DNA of 64,000 nucleotides from Octopus sinensis (taxonomy: Eukaryota), in the NCBI RefSeq assembly GCF_006345805.1, contig NC_043015.1, positions 29,202,001-29,266,000 on the forward strand, in the 5' to 3' direction. Position numbers and translations under genes: made by a program. This document shows, piece after piece, positions 50,055-63,086 of the stretch (position 1 is its first letter; each line of letters opens with the position of its first letter). A model generated the notes under the pieces. The model was not told where the DNA came from, ran no database searches, and saw nothing but the letters and a program-made list of their open reading frames with translations.

Positions 50055-50319
50055 ATATATTTATTTTTTATGTTTCAGCTATTGGTCTGTGGTCATGCTG
50101 GAGCACCATCCTGAAGAGTTTAGTTGAACAAATCAATCCAATATTTATTTGAAAGCCTAGTATTTATTCTATTGCATCTTTTGCTGAGCTGCTAGGTCAC
50201 AGGGTCATAAACAAACCAACACCAGTTGTTAAGCAGTGGTGAAGAACAAAGACAAAATGAACACACACACACACATTTTATATAATCACTTGTCAAATAA
50301 TTTGTTAAAATTATACAAT

Positions 50320-50725
50320 GCGCAGGAGTGGCTGTGTGGTAAGTAGCTTGCTAACCAACCACATGGCTCCGGGTTCAGTCCCACTGCGTGGCACCTTGGC
50401 AAGTGTCTTCTGCTATAGCCCCGGGCTGACCAATGCCTTGTGAGTGGATTTGGTAGACGGAAACTGAAAGAAGCCTGTCGTATATATGTATATATATATG
50501 TATGCGCGTGTATCTTTGTGTGTCTGTGTTTGTCTCCCTAGCATTGCTTGACAACCGGTGATGGTGTGTTTACATCCCCGTCACTTAGTGGTTCGGCAAA
50601 AGAGACCGATAGAATAAGTACTGGGCTTACAAAGAATAAGTCCCGGGGCCAATTTGCTCGACTAAAGGCGGTGCTCCAGCATAGCCGCAGTCAAAGGACT
50701 GAAACAAGTAAAAGAGTAAAAGAGT
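50320..50725 (+). mobile_element. SINE-A full length
   Basis: Family match. Confidence 0.92.
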
Positions 50726-51204
50726 AATGCAAATGGGACAAAATGAACTAGATATGACCCTTTTGACAGATTTATTCTGCACACCCTATATGGAACAAAT
50801 CTTATTTTAAATGAACCATCATCATCATCATTGTCATCATTGCCATCATCGTCATCATTATCATCATTGTTTTTAACATGCACCTGTCCATGCTTGCTAA
50901 GGTAAGAAAGAGTTCGTTGAGACAGATTTTCTACAGCCAGATACCCATCCTGTGGCCAACACCTGTCGGTTTCCATGCGAGGCAACATTTCTCCATGGCT
51001 GGACATGCTTTCATGGAAGAGCAGAAATTAATGACTGAATAACACCGCTTGTATGACAGTGATGCTCATTTACAGCTTACTCACGATGTCTTGACAAGGA
51101 GATGCGAACTCATACACACATGCATATGCACATATATACACACTTGCACACACAGATGTATGCATATATATATATATATATATATATACATACATATATA
51201 TAGT

Positions 51205-51305
51205 TACTCTTTTACTTGTTTCAGTCATTTGTTACAAGGACGTAAACACACCACCATCGGTTGTCAAGTGATGTTCGAGGAACAAACACAGACACACAAA
51301 CATAT

Positions 51306-51358
<53 letters not shown>

Positions 51359-51526
51359 TACGATGGGCTTCTTTTAGTTTCCGTCTACCAAATCCACTCA
51401 CAAGGCTTTGGTCGACCTGAGGCTATAGTAGAAGACACTTGCCCAAGGTGCCACACAGTGGGACTGAACCCGGAACCACATGGTTGGTAAGCAAGCTACT
51501 TACCACACAGCCACTCCTACGCCTAT
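51205..51526 (-). mobile_element. SINE-A with internal deletion
   Basis: Tail jumps from cagtcatttg to ttacaaggacgtaaacac. Confidence 0.88.
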
Positions 51527-52212
51527 GTTCTTTATGTTCTAAGTTCAAATTCTACTGAGGTCATCCTTTCATCCTTTCGGGGTCAATAAAATAAGTAAGA
51601 GTTGAGCACTGGAGTTGATGTTATTGATTTACCTCTTTCACCAAAATTTGCTGGCCTTAAGCCAAAATTCGACACTATTATTACTGATACATAAATATAC
51701 ATAAAGAGGTTTTTATAAAGCTTTAGACTTTGCACCTTTGGCTCCTTGTCTATATTTTTGTATGTATCTTTATTCGAACCACCCTGCAGATTCTCTGCTT
51801 TGCATCTTGAATGCATCTCACAAAGATGGAAGGTGATTATTACTGATACATGGTAGCATAGCATTTTCTTCCTTTACCAGCATAGATTTTGAAAGGTTAC
51901 ATCCACCATAAATTTCTTCTGCAAAATACAGGAAATTACGACAAAACTAAACTACAACAGAAAAAAAACAGATGGTTGAATGGATAGTGCAGTGGACACC
52001 CAGCTGAGAGACTGGGTAATTCATACCCATTTAGTAGTACTACCTGGTGTCTGTACAGCCTATCTAGCAATATATAGATCAAACATCATCACCACCACCA
52101 TCATCATTATCAACAACAACAACAACACCATTTAATGCTTTTTCATGCTGGCATGGATTTGACAGTTTGACAGGAGATGGCAAGCCAGAGGACTGTACCA
52201 AGTTGCACTGAC

Positions 52213-52490
52213 TGTTTTGGCACGGTTTTTATGGCTGGCTGCCCCTCCTCGTGCCCACCACTATACAAAGTGGACTGGGTGCTTTTCACGTGAAGCTAGC
52301 ACCAGCAAGGTCTGTTTTGACATGGTATTTACAACTGGATGCTTTTCCAAATGCCAACCACTTTACAGAATGGACTGGGTGCTTTTTACATGGCACCAGC
52401 ACCAGCAAAGTCTGCTTTAAAATGGTTTTTACAGCTGGATGCCCTTCCAAACATCAACCATTTTATAGAATAAACTGGATGTTTTTTAAA
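52213..52490. repeat. ~100-bp unit x3 derived from SINE-B-like sequence
   Basis: Three diverged copies of ...ggtttttacagctggatgcc...accactttacagaatggactgggtgc...caccagca. Confidence 0.75.
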
Positions 52491-53118
52491 CAATATGGCA
52501 CAGAAATCAGCATCAATGATGAGGAATTGAATTGCATTCCATTATCTTACCTTGCATTACTAAATTCAGTTCCAAATAATTTATCTGGCAATGACAGTTG
52601 GAACTTGCATCCATAAAGAACTGGAAGAAATGCAGTTAAGCAGTTTGTCCAATGCATCGGTGACTCTACCAGTTTGTTGCCTTAGTATGTATCAGTAATA
52701 ATGTATCTTCACTAGGTACATACTGGATAGATACAATTAACTGCTCCGTCCACTAATATTTCTTGCCTTTTGTTTGTCTATGCATTCAAACTCTGCTGAG
52801 GTCGACTTTGCCTTTCATCTTTTCGGAGTCAATAAAATAAGTACCAGTTGAGCACTGGGGTCAATGTAACCAACTTAATCCTACCCTCTAAATTTCTGGC
52901 CGTGTGGTAAAATTTGAAACCAATATTTCTTGGCCTTGTGTTCATGTTAGAAATTATAAAAGGGACCAGTGGATTGGTTGAATCGTTAGAGCATCCACCA
53001 AAATGCCTTGTGGTATGATGGTTTGTTTTGTGTCTTTACATTGTGAATCCAAATCCTACCAAGGACCTTCAGGGTCGACGAGATAAAGTATCTGTTATGC
53101 AATAGAGGTGAGGTGGGG

Positions 53119-53207
53119 CAATATAACTCTTCATTATAGTCCAGGTTTCAACTCCATAGAAAAGAAGGCACTCTATACAGGCCCTAAAGAAAGCCATCCT
53201 AATTGCA
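53119..53207 (-). mobile_element. RTE-clade LINE RT C-terminal fragment
   Basis: AIRMAFFRACIECLLFYGVETWT matches the K..F.A.VES.LLYG.ETWT motif. Confidence 0.7.
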
Positions 53208-53436
53208 ACATCTGGCATGGGACATTAGCACAACCTGCTAGTTCTTGAAAAAAAACATTTCCATCACTGTCCAAGAACATCAGGAAGTTTAATGGTGAAC
53301 GGCTTTAACCAGGAATCAAAATTGACTTACAGTACCAGTTTAGCAGGAGCTGACCTTCTGACCTGTTACAGTGCCCATTAGTAGCCTAGTAATAAATATG
53401 CTATTTTAAGCTATCAATCCTTTCTTTACCGATACC

Positions 53437-53470
<34 letters not shown>

Positions 53471-53629
53471 TTTCTAAGGATAAAATAAGCTTATGTCATT
53501 CTGAATATTTTCATTTTTAATTCAGACATTAGTATTATCTTTTTACTCAGTCACCCAACATAACAACAAGCTTCAAGCTATAATTACAGCAACAAAACTA
53601 TCTTCAATTCACCCTCCGCTCACACAGGC

Positions 53630-53831
53630 ACACACTTGCATATGTGCACACACAATTTCTCTTTCTCTCTCTCTCTCTCTTTCTCTTTCGCTTTTATACT
53701 TTCTCTCTTTCTCATTTTATTACAATTTCTCTATTATAACTTTCACTTTCTCTCGTACATACAAAACTATTTACCTTTTTGTCTCACTTTATCTGAACAA
53801 AACACATCGCTCTCACCTCTCTCTCCCTATA

Positions 53832-53865
<34 letters not shown>

Positions 53866-53888
53866 TTATTATTATTAGCAGCAGCAGC

Positions 53889-53919
<31 letters not shown>

Positions 53920-54000
53920 TAGTAGTAGTAGTAGTTTTTGTAGTGGTGGTGGTGGTGGTGGTGGTGGTAGTGGTGGTGGTGGTGGTGGTGGTAGTAGTAA

Positions 54001-54042
<42 letters not shown>

Positions 54043-54095
54043 CAGTAGTGGTAGCAGTAGTGGTAGCAGTAGTGGTGGTGGTGGTAGTGGTAGTG

Positions 54096-54130
<35 letters not shown>

Positions 54131-55140
54131 TGTGGTAGTGGTAGTAGTAGTAGTAGTAGTGGTAGTAGTCGGCCCATTCTCAGTCGTTATCTATCAAAAC
54201 AATCAATCTCTAACTTCCCATATATCTCCACCTCCTCCTCCATCCACCCACCCACCCACCCTTTCCTTATCATCCTTCATCCTTTCCATTCAATTCATTT
54301 TATTCATCCGTCCATTGATCTATCATTACTTTTTGTTTTGTTTTTTTTATTATTATTATTATTATTACAACTTTATCTATTTATCTATCACTCTATGCAT
54401 CATTCTCAAAACCTCATTTTCTCTCTCTCATTCTCTCCACCTCTCTCAATTTCTCTCTCCTTCTCCACTCTGTTTTTCTCTTTCAGTCACTTAATTACAT
54501 CTCTCTCCTTTTTTTTTATTTTCCTCTTAATCTTTTCTTCTTCATTTTTCCCCTCCTTTTTTTTTCTCTCTTTCCTCACTTATTCATTCTCACTTTTCAT
54601 ATTATTTCTTTCCATGCATTCATCTCTCTCTTTCTTTCTCACACTCTCTCTCCTTCTTTCTCACAGTTTCTTTCTTCCTCACACTCTCACTCTGTCTCTC
54701 CCTCCCATCCATACACCACTCTATCTTTCCTCTTTCATCTCCCTTAATCTTTTCCTCTTCATTTTTCCCCTCCTTTTTTTCTCTCTTTCCTTACTTTCCT
54801 TATTTCTTTCCATATATTCATCTCTCTCTCTCTCTTTCTTTCTCACACTCTCTCTCCTTCTTTCTCACAGTTTCTTTCTCACTCACACTCTCACTCTGTC
54901 TCTCCCTCTCATCCATACACCACTCTATCTTTCCTCTTTCATCTCCCTTAATCTTTTACCTCTTCATTTTTCCCCCTCCTTTTTTCTCTTTTTCTCACTT
55001 ACTCATTCTCACTTTTCTTTTTCCGCTCTCTGAATTCATCTCTCACACACACACACATCTCTCTTTCTTTCTCACACACACTCTCCATCTCTCTTTCTCG
55101 CTCACACTCTCACCCTGTCTCACTCATCCTTTACTGTTTC
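53630..55140. repeat. (TAG)/(TGG) tract (53870-54170) and CT-rich tract with a ~210-bp unit x2.3 (54544-55020)
   Basis: catttttcccctcctttttt...catccatacaccactctatctttcc...ccttaatcttt repeated. Confidence 0.92.
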
Positions 55141-55549
55141 ATCTCTCATGTGAAACTATTACATCCATAAATTAATATTTTAAACTAAATTCTTTTTTTC
55201 AATTCTCTGCTTCGAAATGTAAATATAATCGTTAATATTTATTTAAATATTGAAGTATTTCGATTTCTCGAAAATTCATGTTAATTTTTATGCCATAGTG
55301 TTGTTGCAACATACAGAAAATCAAATAACAAATATTTTTTTATTAAGTCAGTTATTAAAATTTAACAGTGTAAAATTCAATATTGTAAATTTTTAAAACT
55401 GAAAAGCCATGTCAAACAACAAACGCGAATTCTGAATAAGATGATATAGCAATGTTGTTTCAATCCCTCACTGACTTCTGGCTGGGTTGGGTTCCAACCC
55501 AGGCTGCAAGCAAAAGTCCACCTGCCACACTTCTCAAAACAGCATCGCT

Positions 55550-55890
55550 GCTTTGAGGTCCTGGATGCATTTCAGGCCAGAGTCTGCAACAACAACACTG
55601 AACACCTTTTTGATCTCCATGTGTCTAACACACGTGGACATGCCTACAAAGTCAGAAAACAACACAGCTCCCATGACTTTCAGAAACATTTTTTTCACGC
55701 TCAGAGTTGCTGAAGCATGGAACAAACTGCCTGCGTCAGTTGTTGACTGCTATGACACTGCATCCTTTAAGGCCCTCATGCTTTCCGAAATCCGCCGAAA
55801 CTACACCTGATTATATATACACTTTAGATGAGTTGTAGTGCAACTGAGCACTGTACACAATGTTTTATTATTATTATTATTATTTATAAG
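55550..55890 (+). mobile_element. CR1/L2-type LINE 3' end, same family as 4337-5088
   Basis: FFTLRVAEAWNKLPASVVDCYDTASFKALM; 3'UTR gagcactgta and (ATT)n tail. Confidence 0.88.
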
Positions 55891-55904
55891 TTGTCAATGC
55901 AAGC

Positions 55905-56170
55905 ATCACAACATTTTCCTATTCTTACATCAATATGAGAATGGGTTCCATGAGATTAATTTAGAAGCTTCCAGATCAGGGTGGGGCACATGGTGATCAT
56001 ACAGTCGCAGTCATCTTTGTTTGATCTTCTCACTAGCTTTCGGCAGGTCTCCATAACGGCATTCGTTTCTCATATGTTGCTGCCATTTCCCATTCCTTCA
56101 TTAACAGCTATCTAGCCCGTTTGATAATTTCTTTGTCAGTGTCCATGTTTCACTGATATAATTGTGGGAT
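55905..56170 (-). mobile_element. RTE-clade LINE RT C-terminal fragment
   Basis: SETWTLTKKLSNGLDSC*..WQQHMRNECRYGDLPKASEKIKQR*LRLYDH..HPDLEASKLISWNP, the typical RTE C-terminal signature. Confidence 0.85.
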
Positions 56171-56184
56171 GATGTCAGCAGCTG

Positions 56185-56487
56185 GGGAGCTGACCGGAAC
56201 TTGGGAGCTAACCGGAACTTGGGAGCTGACCGGAACTTGGGAGCTGACCGGAAATTGGGAGCTGACCGGAAATTAGGAGCTGACCGGAAATTGGGAGCTG
56301 ACTGGAATTTGGGAGCTGACAGGAACTTGGGAGCTGACTGGAACTTGGGAGCTGACCGGAACTTGGGAGCTGACTGGAACTTGGGAGCTGACTGAAACTT
56401 GGGAGCTGACTGGAACGTGGGAGCTGACTGGAACTTGGGAGCTGACGGGAAATTGGGAGCTGACCGGAATTTGGGAGCTGACTGGAA
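56185..56487. repeat. 18-bp minisatellite, about 17 copies
   Basis: Unit gggagctgac(c/t)ggaa(c/a/t)tt. Confidence 0.97.
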
Positions 56488-57089
56488 GAGGAAGGGCGCC
56501 GCAGTGACATGCGCGCAGGCAGGGGACAATTGGGCCTTTTCGATTGGGGTAGCAGATAGTGCCAGACATGTGAGCGCTTCGACAAGGTGAGGGAAAGCAG
56601 TTGCTATTTTTAGCTGCCATTGTGGTGACATCTTATGTGGAGTGCCGAAATAGCTTGTGGTGTATGTGGGAGATTTGAAGTAAGACACCTACTTTTTCTT
56701 CATCGACGCAGACATCTCTGGTGGTAATGCACCCTTCCAGGTGGCCCAACCCAAACGCTAAAAATAGCAGATGCTTTCCCTCACAATCGGTTGGTGCTTT
56801 TTACATGCCACCAGCACGGAAGCCAGTCAAGGCGGCCTTTGTAATAAAAAATAAAGTTTCTTGGCCCTCCCACCTGTGACACATAGAACAACAGGCTTGT
56901 CACAGCGAGAGAGAGAAAGAGGGAGGGAACAATGTGAAATGATGTGCCTTGCTCAAGGATGCAATGCACTGCCCATTCCTGGAATTGAACTCACAATGCT
57001 ATGATCATGAATGTAATGCCCTAACCCCATGACCACATGCCTTAGACTGACTTAAAAAAAAAACAATAAAAGCAAAGACAAAAACAAAC

Positions 57090-57255
57090 AGGCGCAGGAG
57101 TGGCTGTGTGGTAAGTAGCTTGCTAACCAACCACATGGTTCTGGGTTCAGTCCCACTGCGTGGCATCTTGGGCAAGTGTCTTCTGCTATAGCCCCGGACC
57201 AACCAATGCCTTGTGAGTGGATTTGGTAGACGGAAACTGAAAGAAGCCTGTCGTA

Positions 57256-57293
<38 letters not shown>

Positions 57294-57512
57294 TGTGTGT
57301 GTTTGTGTGTCTGTGTTTGTCCCCCTAGCATTGCTTGACAACCGATGCTGGTGTGTTTACGTCCCCGTCACTTAGCAGTTTGGCAAAAGAGACCGATAGA
57401 ATAAGTACTGGGCTTACAAAGAATAAGTCCTGGGGTCGATTTGCTCGACTAAAGGCGGTGCTCCAGCATGGCCGCAGTCAAATGACTGAAACAAGTAAAA
57501 GAGTAAAAGAGT
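57090..57512 (+). mobile_element. SINE-A full length
   Basis: Family match. Confidence 0.92.
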
Positions 57513-57849
57513 TATTTGATTTTTTGTTTTTTTGTTTTTTTAAGATACAGCCAGGGTTTGATTGGGACATATTTATATACCTTCAAACAACACAGATACT
57601 CTCATTAGTAACAGTAAAGTGAGTCTGCCATTGATTCACAAAATGATCTTCTGTAAGCTATTAAGCCATTAAAGGTTCTTTTGATGTAATAGGAAAAATA
57701 AATAAATAAGTAAAAAGTCATCAGGAGCCGAGTATTTGCAGCTATCTTCATGGTAACTAAGGCTTAGAAGTTAAGGTTGTGCAATCAACCTACATTCTAT
57801 TTTGTTTCAACCAAGTCATTCTTCTGATTGTACAGTAGGAACAATATTG

Positions 57850-57941
57850 AAACACACACACACACACATGTATGTATGTATGCATGTATGTATGTATGTA
57901 TGTGCGAGTGTACATATGTGTGTGTGTGTATATATATATAG

Positions 57942-57974
<33 letters not shown>

Positions 57975-58069
57975 TAGATAGATAGAGAGATAGACAGATA
58001 AATAAATAGATGGATAGACAGACAGATAGATAGATAAATAGATAGATAGATAGATAGATAGATATAGAT

Positions 58070-58130
<61 letters not shown>
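57850..58130. repeat. (CA)/(TATG)/(GATA)/(GACA) compound microsatellite
   Basis: Direct inspection. Confidence 0.95.
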
Positions 58131-58544
58131 TATGTGAATACACAGGTAAGCACATAGATGCAAAAGAAGGTGGGAAAAAATAGTACTTGAATATCAAAGG
58201 TAGGGTATTTTACTATTTATAAATGTCAAAAAAATCTTTGCAAATGCAGGGGTCTGACCGGGCTGCTGTCAGTTTGTGCCAGTCACTGTCGAGATGTCAG
58301 GTGTTCTTGGACCCTGTACCACTGATTTCCTCTGCAAAATAGGGATAAGGGTGGTCCATCAGAGAAATGAGCCCTGCCAAGTGGAGTGGCTGTTGCACTG
58401 AGTGTCACTTGGCGATTCTCCATGGCAACGTAATCACTGTCATTACTGCAAGTTGCAGCTGAGCACATCATGTAGCCCATTGACCCCGCCTCACTCCACC
58501 ATCTACTACATTACACTCTTTCTTTCCCTTTTTTTATCTTACCA

Positions 58545-58756
58545 ACCCGGCTGAAACCGGCTCTGGCTCTGTAGTACAAATGTCTGGTTTTCAAAAGTTT
58601 TGAATTAAAATCTTCCACCAAACCTTAGTCACAATTTATGTCGCTAACTCTAGCTTAATGATAACGATGTTATTTTACTTAATTCTTTGTTATATTTAAA
58701 ATAATTGGAAGAAACACTGAGCATCACAAAATAAATTCAGTAACGAAAGGGTTAAA
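58545..58756. mobile_element. MITE-like DNA element end with TTAA (piggyBac-like) terminus
   Basis: Ends gtaacgaaagggttaa (rc ttaaccctttcgttac), similar to ttaaccctttagc at ~9263. Confidence 0.5.
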
Positions 58757-58859
58757 ACATTTATTTTGCATTCTTTACCAAAAGCATGCATTCACAACTT
58801 CCATTTACTCAATTACCTTGAGGAGACCTCATGGTAATTATCATTAATTATCATTTATT

Positions 58860-59451
58860 TTTTTACCTGTTTCAGTCACTGGACTCAGCCAGGTGAGGGC
58901 ACTGCTTTGAAATGCTTTTAGTCAAACAATTTTTTTTTTTTTTAAGACTGGTAATTAATCTATTTACCTCATTTGCCAAACTGCTAAGTTACAGGTGTTG
59001 GTTTGTAAACAAAACAACACCAGTTGCCAAGAGGTAGTGAGCTTTCAAACACACACACACACACACATAATGGGCTTCCACACAGTTTCCATCTACCGAA
59101 TTTTCTCACAAGGCACATGGATGACCCAGGTCTACTGTAGAAGACACTTGCCTAAGGTGCTGTGCAAAGGAACTGAACCTGAAACCAGATGATTACAAAA
59201 TGAACTTCTTAAACACATAGCAATACCTGCACCTATAAAAGACAAAATGTCCCACCTGCATTGGAAGAAAAAAAAATATAGACACAGGAGTGGCTGTGTA
59301 GTAAGTAGCTTACTTACCAACTACATGGTTCCAGGTTCAGTCCCACTGCGTGACACCTTGGGCAAGTGTCTTCTACTATAGCCTTGGACCGACCAAAGTC
59401 TTGTGAGTGGACTTGGTAGACAGAAACTGAAAGAAGCCTGTCATATGTATG

Positions 59452-59498
<47 letters not shown>

Positions 59499-59717
59499 TA
59501 GTGTATGTTTGTGTGTCTGTGTTTGTCCCCCCCAACATTGGTTGACAACCGATACTGGTGTGCTTACATCCCTGTAACTTAGTGGTTCGGCAAATGAGAC
59601 CGATAGAATAAGTACTAGGCTTCCAAAGAATAAGTCCTGGGGTCAGTTTGCTCGACTAAAGGTGGTGCTCCAGCACGGCCACAGTCAAATGACTGAAACA
59701 AGTAAAAGAGTAAAAGC
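58860..59717. mobile_element. Divergent SINE-A pair: old copy (-) 58860-59235 and copy (+) 59281-59717
   Basis: Family matches in opposite orientation. Confidence 0.85.
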
Positions 59718-60602
59718 GTATCCTATTATTGCAGCATACAGCAGTATATTTCTAGTCTAACCCATTTAATAGTCTAACCCTTAGTATAACAGACACTGAT
59801 TTCGTGGATATCAGATTAAACAGAAAAAAAGATTTTAGAGAGAAAGAGAGAATGCGAGAATGCTTGAGTTGTTCCAAAGAGCAATATTAAAAGGTGAAGA
59901 AAACAAAGTGCAAAACTAGAAGCACAAAAAGGCAACAGCAAAGAAAAATGGTAAAAAAAAAATGGATATTATTGATGTGGTTGTCAAATAGGTTAAAGAA
60001 CTACAAAGATGAAAGCGGAAAAGGATGTGTGTGAGTTTTAGTGAAAAACAATACAAAATGGCCCCAGGGTTACCATTCAATGTAACAGACTTTTTGCATA
60101 AACAACCACATATTAACAACCCTCCTTCTATTAGCCTATTTGATTTACCAGATTTTTTGGCATTGACAGACAGACCTTCTCCTCTATCGGTTTATTAAAT
60201 TGAGGGTTTACTATATAGAAGAGAAGTGGTTTATATGTTGTATTGAACTACTGGTGTTTGGTATAGCTTATACACTGAACATTCCTGTTACATAAAAAGA
60301 CAGATATTTTTCTGCCACTGCAATTGCCATCGCTGCCATCATCATTTTAATACCCACATTTTCTGCCCCCACGGGTCAGCTGAAGTTCATTGAGGCAGAT
60401 TTTCCTACAGCTGGATGCCTTTCCTATCACCAACCTCTCAAATGTTTTCAAACAAGATAATATTTTCCCAGAGTTAAACATGTTCTTAGCAAAATATTGG
60501 AAATGAATAACACTGTTTTTTTTTTTTACTACAGTGTCACTTGTTTACAACCGTCATACTATATCAAGACAAGGAGACACAAACACACACATGCCTGTGC
60601 AC

Positions 60603-61068
60603 ATATCTGTCATATAAAATCCGTTTTGTCTGTCTGTTTGTGTGTCTTCTAGGATCTCGGGCATCCTCCATCTGATTGCGCTCAAATTTGATATGTAGAT
60701 ATCAACGGTATCAGGGCGTGTTTAAGTCTTGAAAAAATTACAAAAATCAATTCCAATTGAGAATGCGATCGATAAAGCCGTTGGAACATGCATTTGTACG
60801 TGCAAGTACATCAACTATTGCGATGTACTTACTGGTACTTTAAACTCTTCGGTTGCATATTTGTGTGAATAAAATCGCTTTTCTTTGGAATAGAAAAAAA
60901 GTTTATCTTTATTTCTTCTTTTGCTGGTGTCTCAAATTTAGGTTAAATCAGTTTTTCTCAAAGGGGAGGCCTATGGGATGGTCGGACAAGTTGTTTTGAG
61001 AAAATTTGGTTTAAATGTTTGACAATTCAGCACCGTCCATTGGACGGTGTGGGGGGCGTTTTGCTTGT
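60603..61068 (-). mobile_element. Probable Helentron/HINE-like element
   Basis: Left end atctgtcatataaaatccg...gtctgtctgtttgtgtgt resembles a reversed HINE 3' end; right end gttttgcttgt is a degraded 5' end. Confidence 0.5.
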
Positions 61069-61202
61069 ATATATATATATATTTATGATGGACTTCATTC
61101 AGTTTCTGTCTACCAAATATATTCACATTACTTTGGCTGGCTTCAGTCTATAGTGGAAGCCACTTGCTTACAATGGCACAAAGTGAGACTGAACTTAAAG
61201 CC

Positions 61203-61550
61203 TGTTGTTAAGGTGAGACAGTGTCACGTGACAACTTGCTGGGACTGCCTGCTGGAGCCTAGCGGCAGGTATTTAAAGGGAAAAATTTGACAAGACAGTC
61301 AGTCACCAGCTGACACTCGCTGACACTACATCGAAGAGGTCAGGGAACAAAAGAAAGAAGACATGCACCCAACACCAGAGCTGAAGACACCTCCGAAAGG
61401 GGGGGGGGGACTGCCACATCAAAACGGTAGAGGAGTAGGGGCCGAAACCGGACGTGGTTCCTTCTGATGATGTCTTGAGCTAACTGGATCCTATAAAGGA
61501 GCTGTTGTGGTAGCAGACCAAGAAACACGGTTGTAATTCCCCTCCTGGTT
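61203..61550 (+). mobile_element. Probable truncated LTR inserted in a SINE-A head
   Basis: Starts TGTTG, GC-rich, TATTTAAA box; SINE head sequence resumes at tggttgggaaag. Confidence 0.5.
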
Positions 61551-62434
61551 GGGAAAGAAACTTCTTAACCACAAAGCTACCAAGAAAGAAACCTTTATCA
61601 TATACCGTGATATAGCATGGAAAAAAGTTGATGTAGAACATTCTAAGGAAACAAATAACTACATCATAATAATGAACAGTAGACTGTGTTTCTTCGTGTC
61701 ACCCGATACCATGTTACATTAGATCGCAAAGAACGAAAAGAAAAGCACAAAATGAAGAAACAGAAATATATATTACACACTGCCAAAGGATAACATGAGA
61801 TACATCAGCCGTGGTGTATATCATATGTCATAACATATTACATCATTTGGTGGAACCATGTTGTCAGTAGAAGAGAAAATGAGGGAAACAGAGAGAGACA
61901 GGTAGAGACAGAAATTATGGGAAATTGAGAAAAAAACATAACTAGAAATATTACAAGGCAGACAGAGAGAGGGAGAGAGAGAGAGAGATGTAAGCAAAGA
62001 AAGAATGAAGGTGAGAAAGTGAGAGAGCAAAGGTGAGAAAGAAATATGCATAACTATTGTGCCAATACTTTGATCCTAAGAAGGAATTAAAGGAGAATTA
62101 CATAGACCTATATTTACAATGTTTGTAACCCCACCCACCCAAAAAAAATTACCAGACATTGCTCCCCCCTTTTATTTACATTCACAAACAAGGTAACAAA
62201 CCACGTGCTGAGTTGATGTAATTGCTTGAAAATGCTGAGTCAGCTTCACTGATATCACATTAAATATAAGCATATAATTCGATATATGTATTATATGCGC
62301 ATGCGAGTGTGTGTAATAGGAAGGATAATGATACGAATAAGACAGTAAAAAAAAATGAAGTGTTGAGGATAGACATATTAACATTAACAAGCTTAGATTC
62401 AACCCTGTAGGTACTAAATGTATGGTTGGTATAA

Positions 62435-62436
<2 letters not shown>

Positions 62437-62509
<73 letters not shown>
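62437..62509. repeat. Pure (TAA)n
   Basis: Direct inspection. Confidence 0.98.
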
Positions 62510-63086
62510 GATGCAGTACCAGGCAGTGGCTCTCATGGCTTCTGATCTTAACTGATTGGAAGTGTTATCATGTACATTGGTTTGCCTTGGTATAAGAGAT
62601 GGGCTACAGCAAATATTCTGCTCAATACCACAGATTTGCTTGTCAGTTGTTTTACCTTAACCAGTTGAGCGTGTCCCTTAGTGGCTGACGATATGTGCAT
62701 CTCTGATTATGAGCAGAAGTAGTGGGGGAGCATCATAGCCATGTGTTGAGAAGGATTCTTTGGGGTTTGAATAATTCACCCCTGGAAACATGGGTGTTTC
62801 ATTCAACATCCTTAAACAACCCTTATTCAGGGACCTTTTGAGCAGGATTGGCCACTCAACCTGAAGAAAATTCTAACTGGGCTCCACCTGCAAGGTCATG
62901 TGCTGTTTATCTTGATATGAGATCACCATGTTGCGCACATATGGTTGTCATGCATGTGCCGGGTGTACTCTTATCAGACGGGTAGTCATGATGGGTATGC
63001 TGGGCTTCGTATATTTTACGAAGCCCAGTATGCCATCACTTTGATGGCATGCACTGCTCTCTCACTCAATAATAATAATAATAATA
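62510..63086 (+). mobile_element. Repeat family G (~560 bp) between two (TAA)n tracts
   Basis: 5' part matches 29431-29607; ends ctctcactc(aat)n. Confidence 0.75.

Noticed and set aside
56520-56630. CCHC zinc knuckle in CFPSPCRSAHMSGTIC
   Set aside because: Spacing C-X4-C-X3-H-X5-C does not fit C-X2-C-X4-H-X4-C.
61436-61478. GAAAC and CTGATGA close together in the LTR-like fragment as a hammerhead
   Set aside because: The cleavage triplet would end in G, stem I cannot form and the first stem II pair is mismatched.
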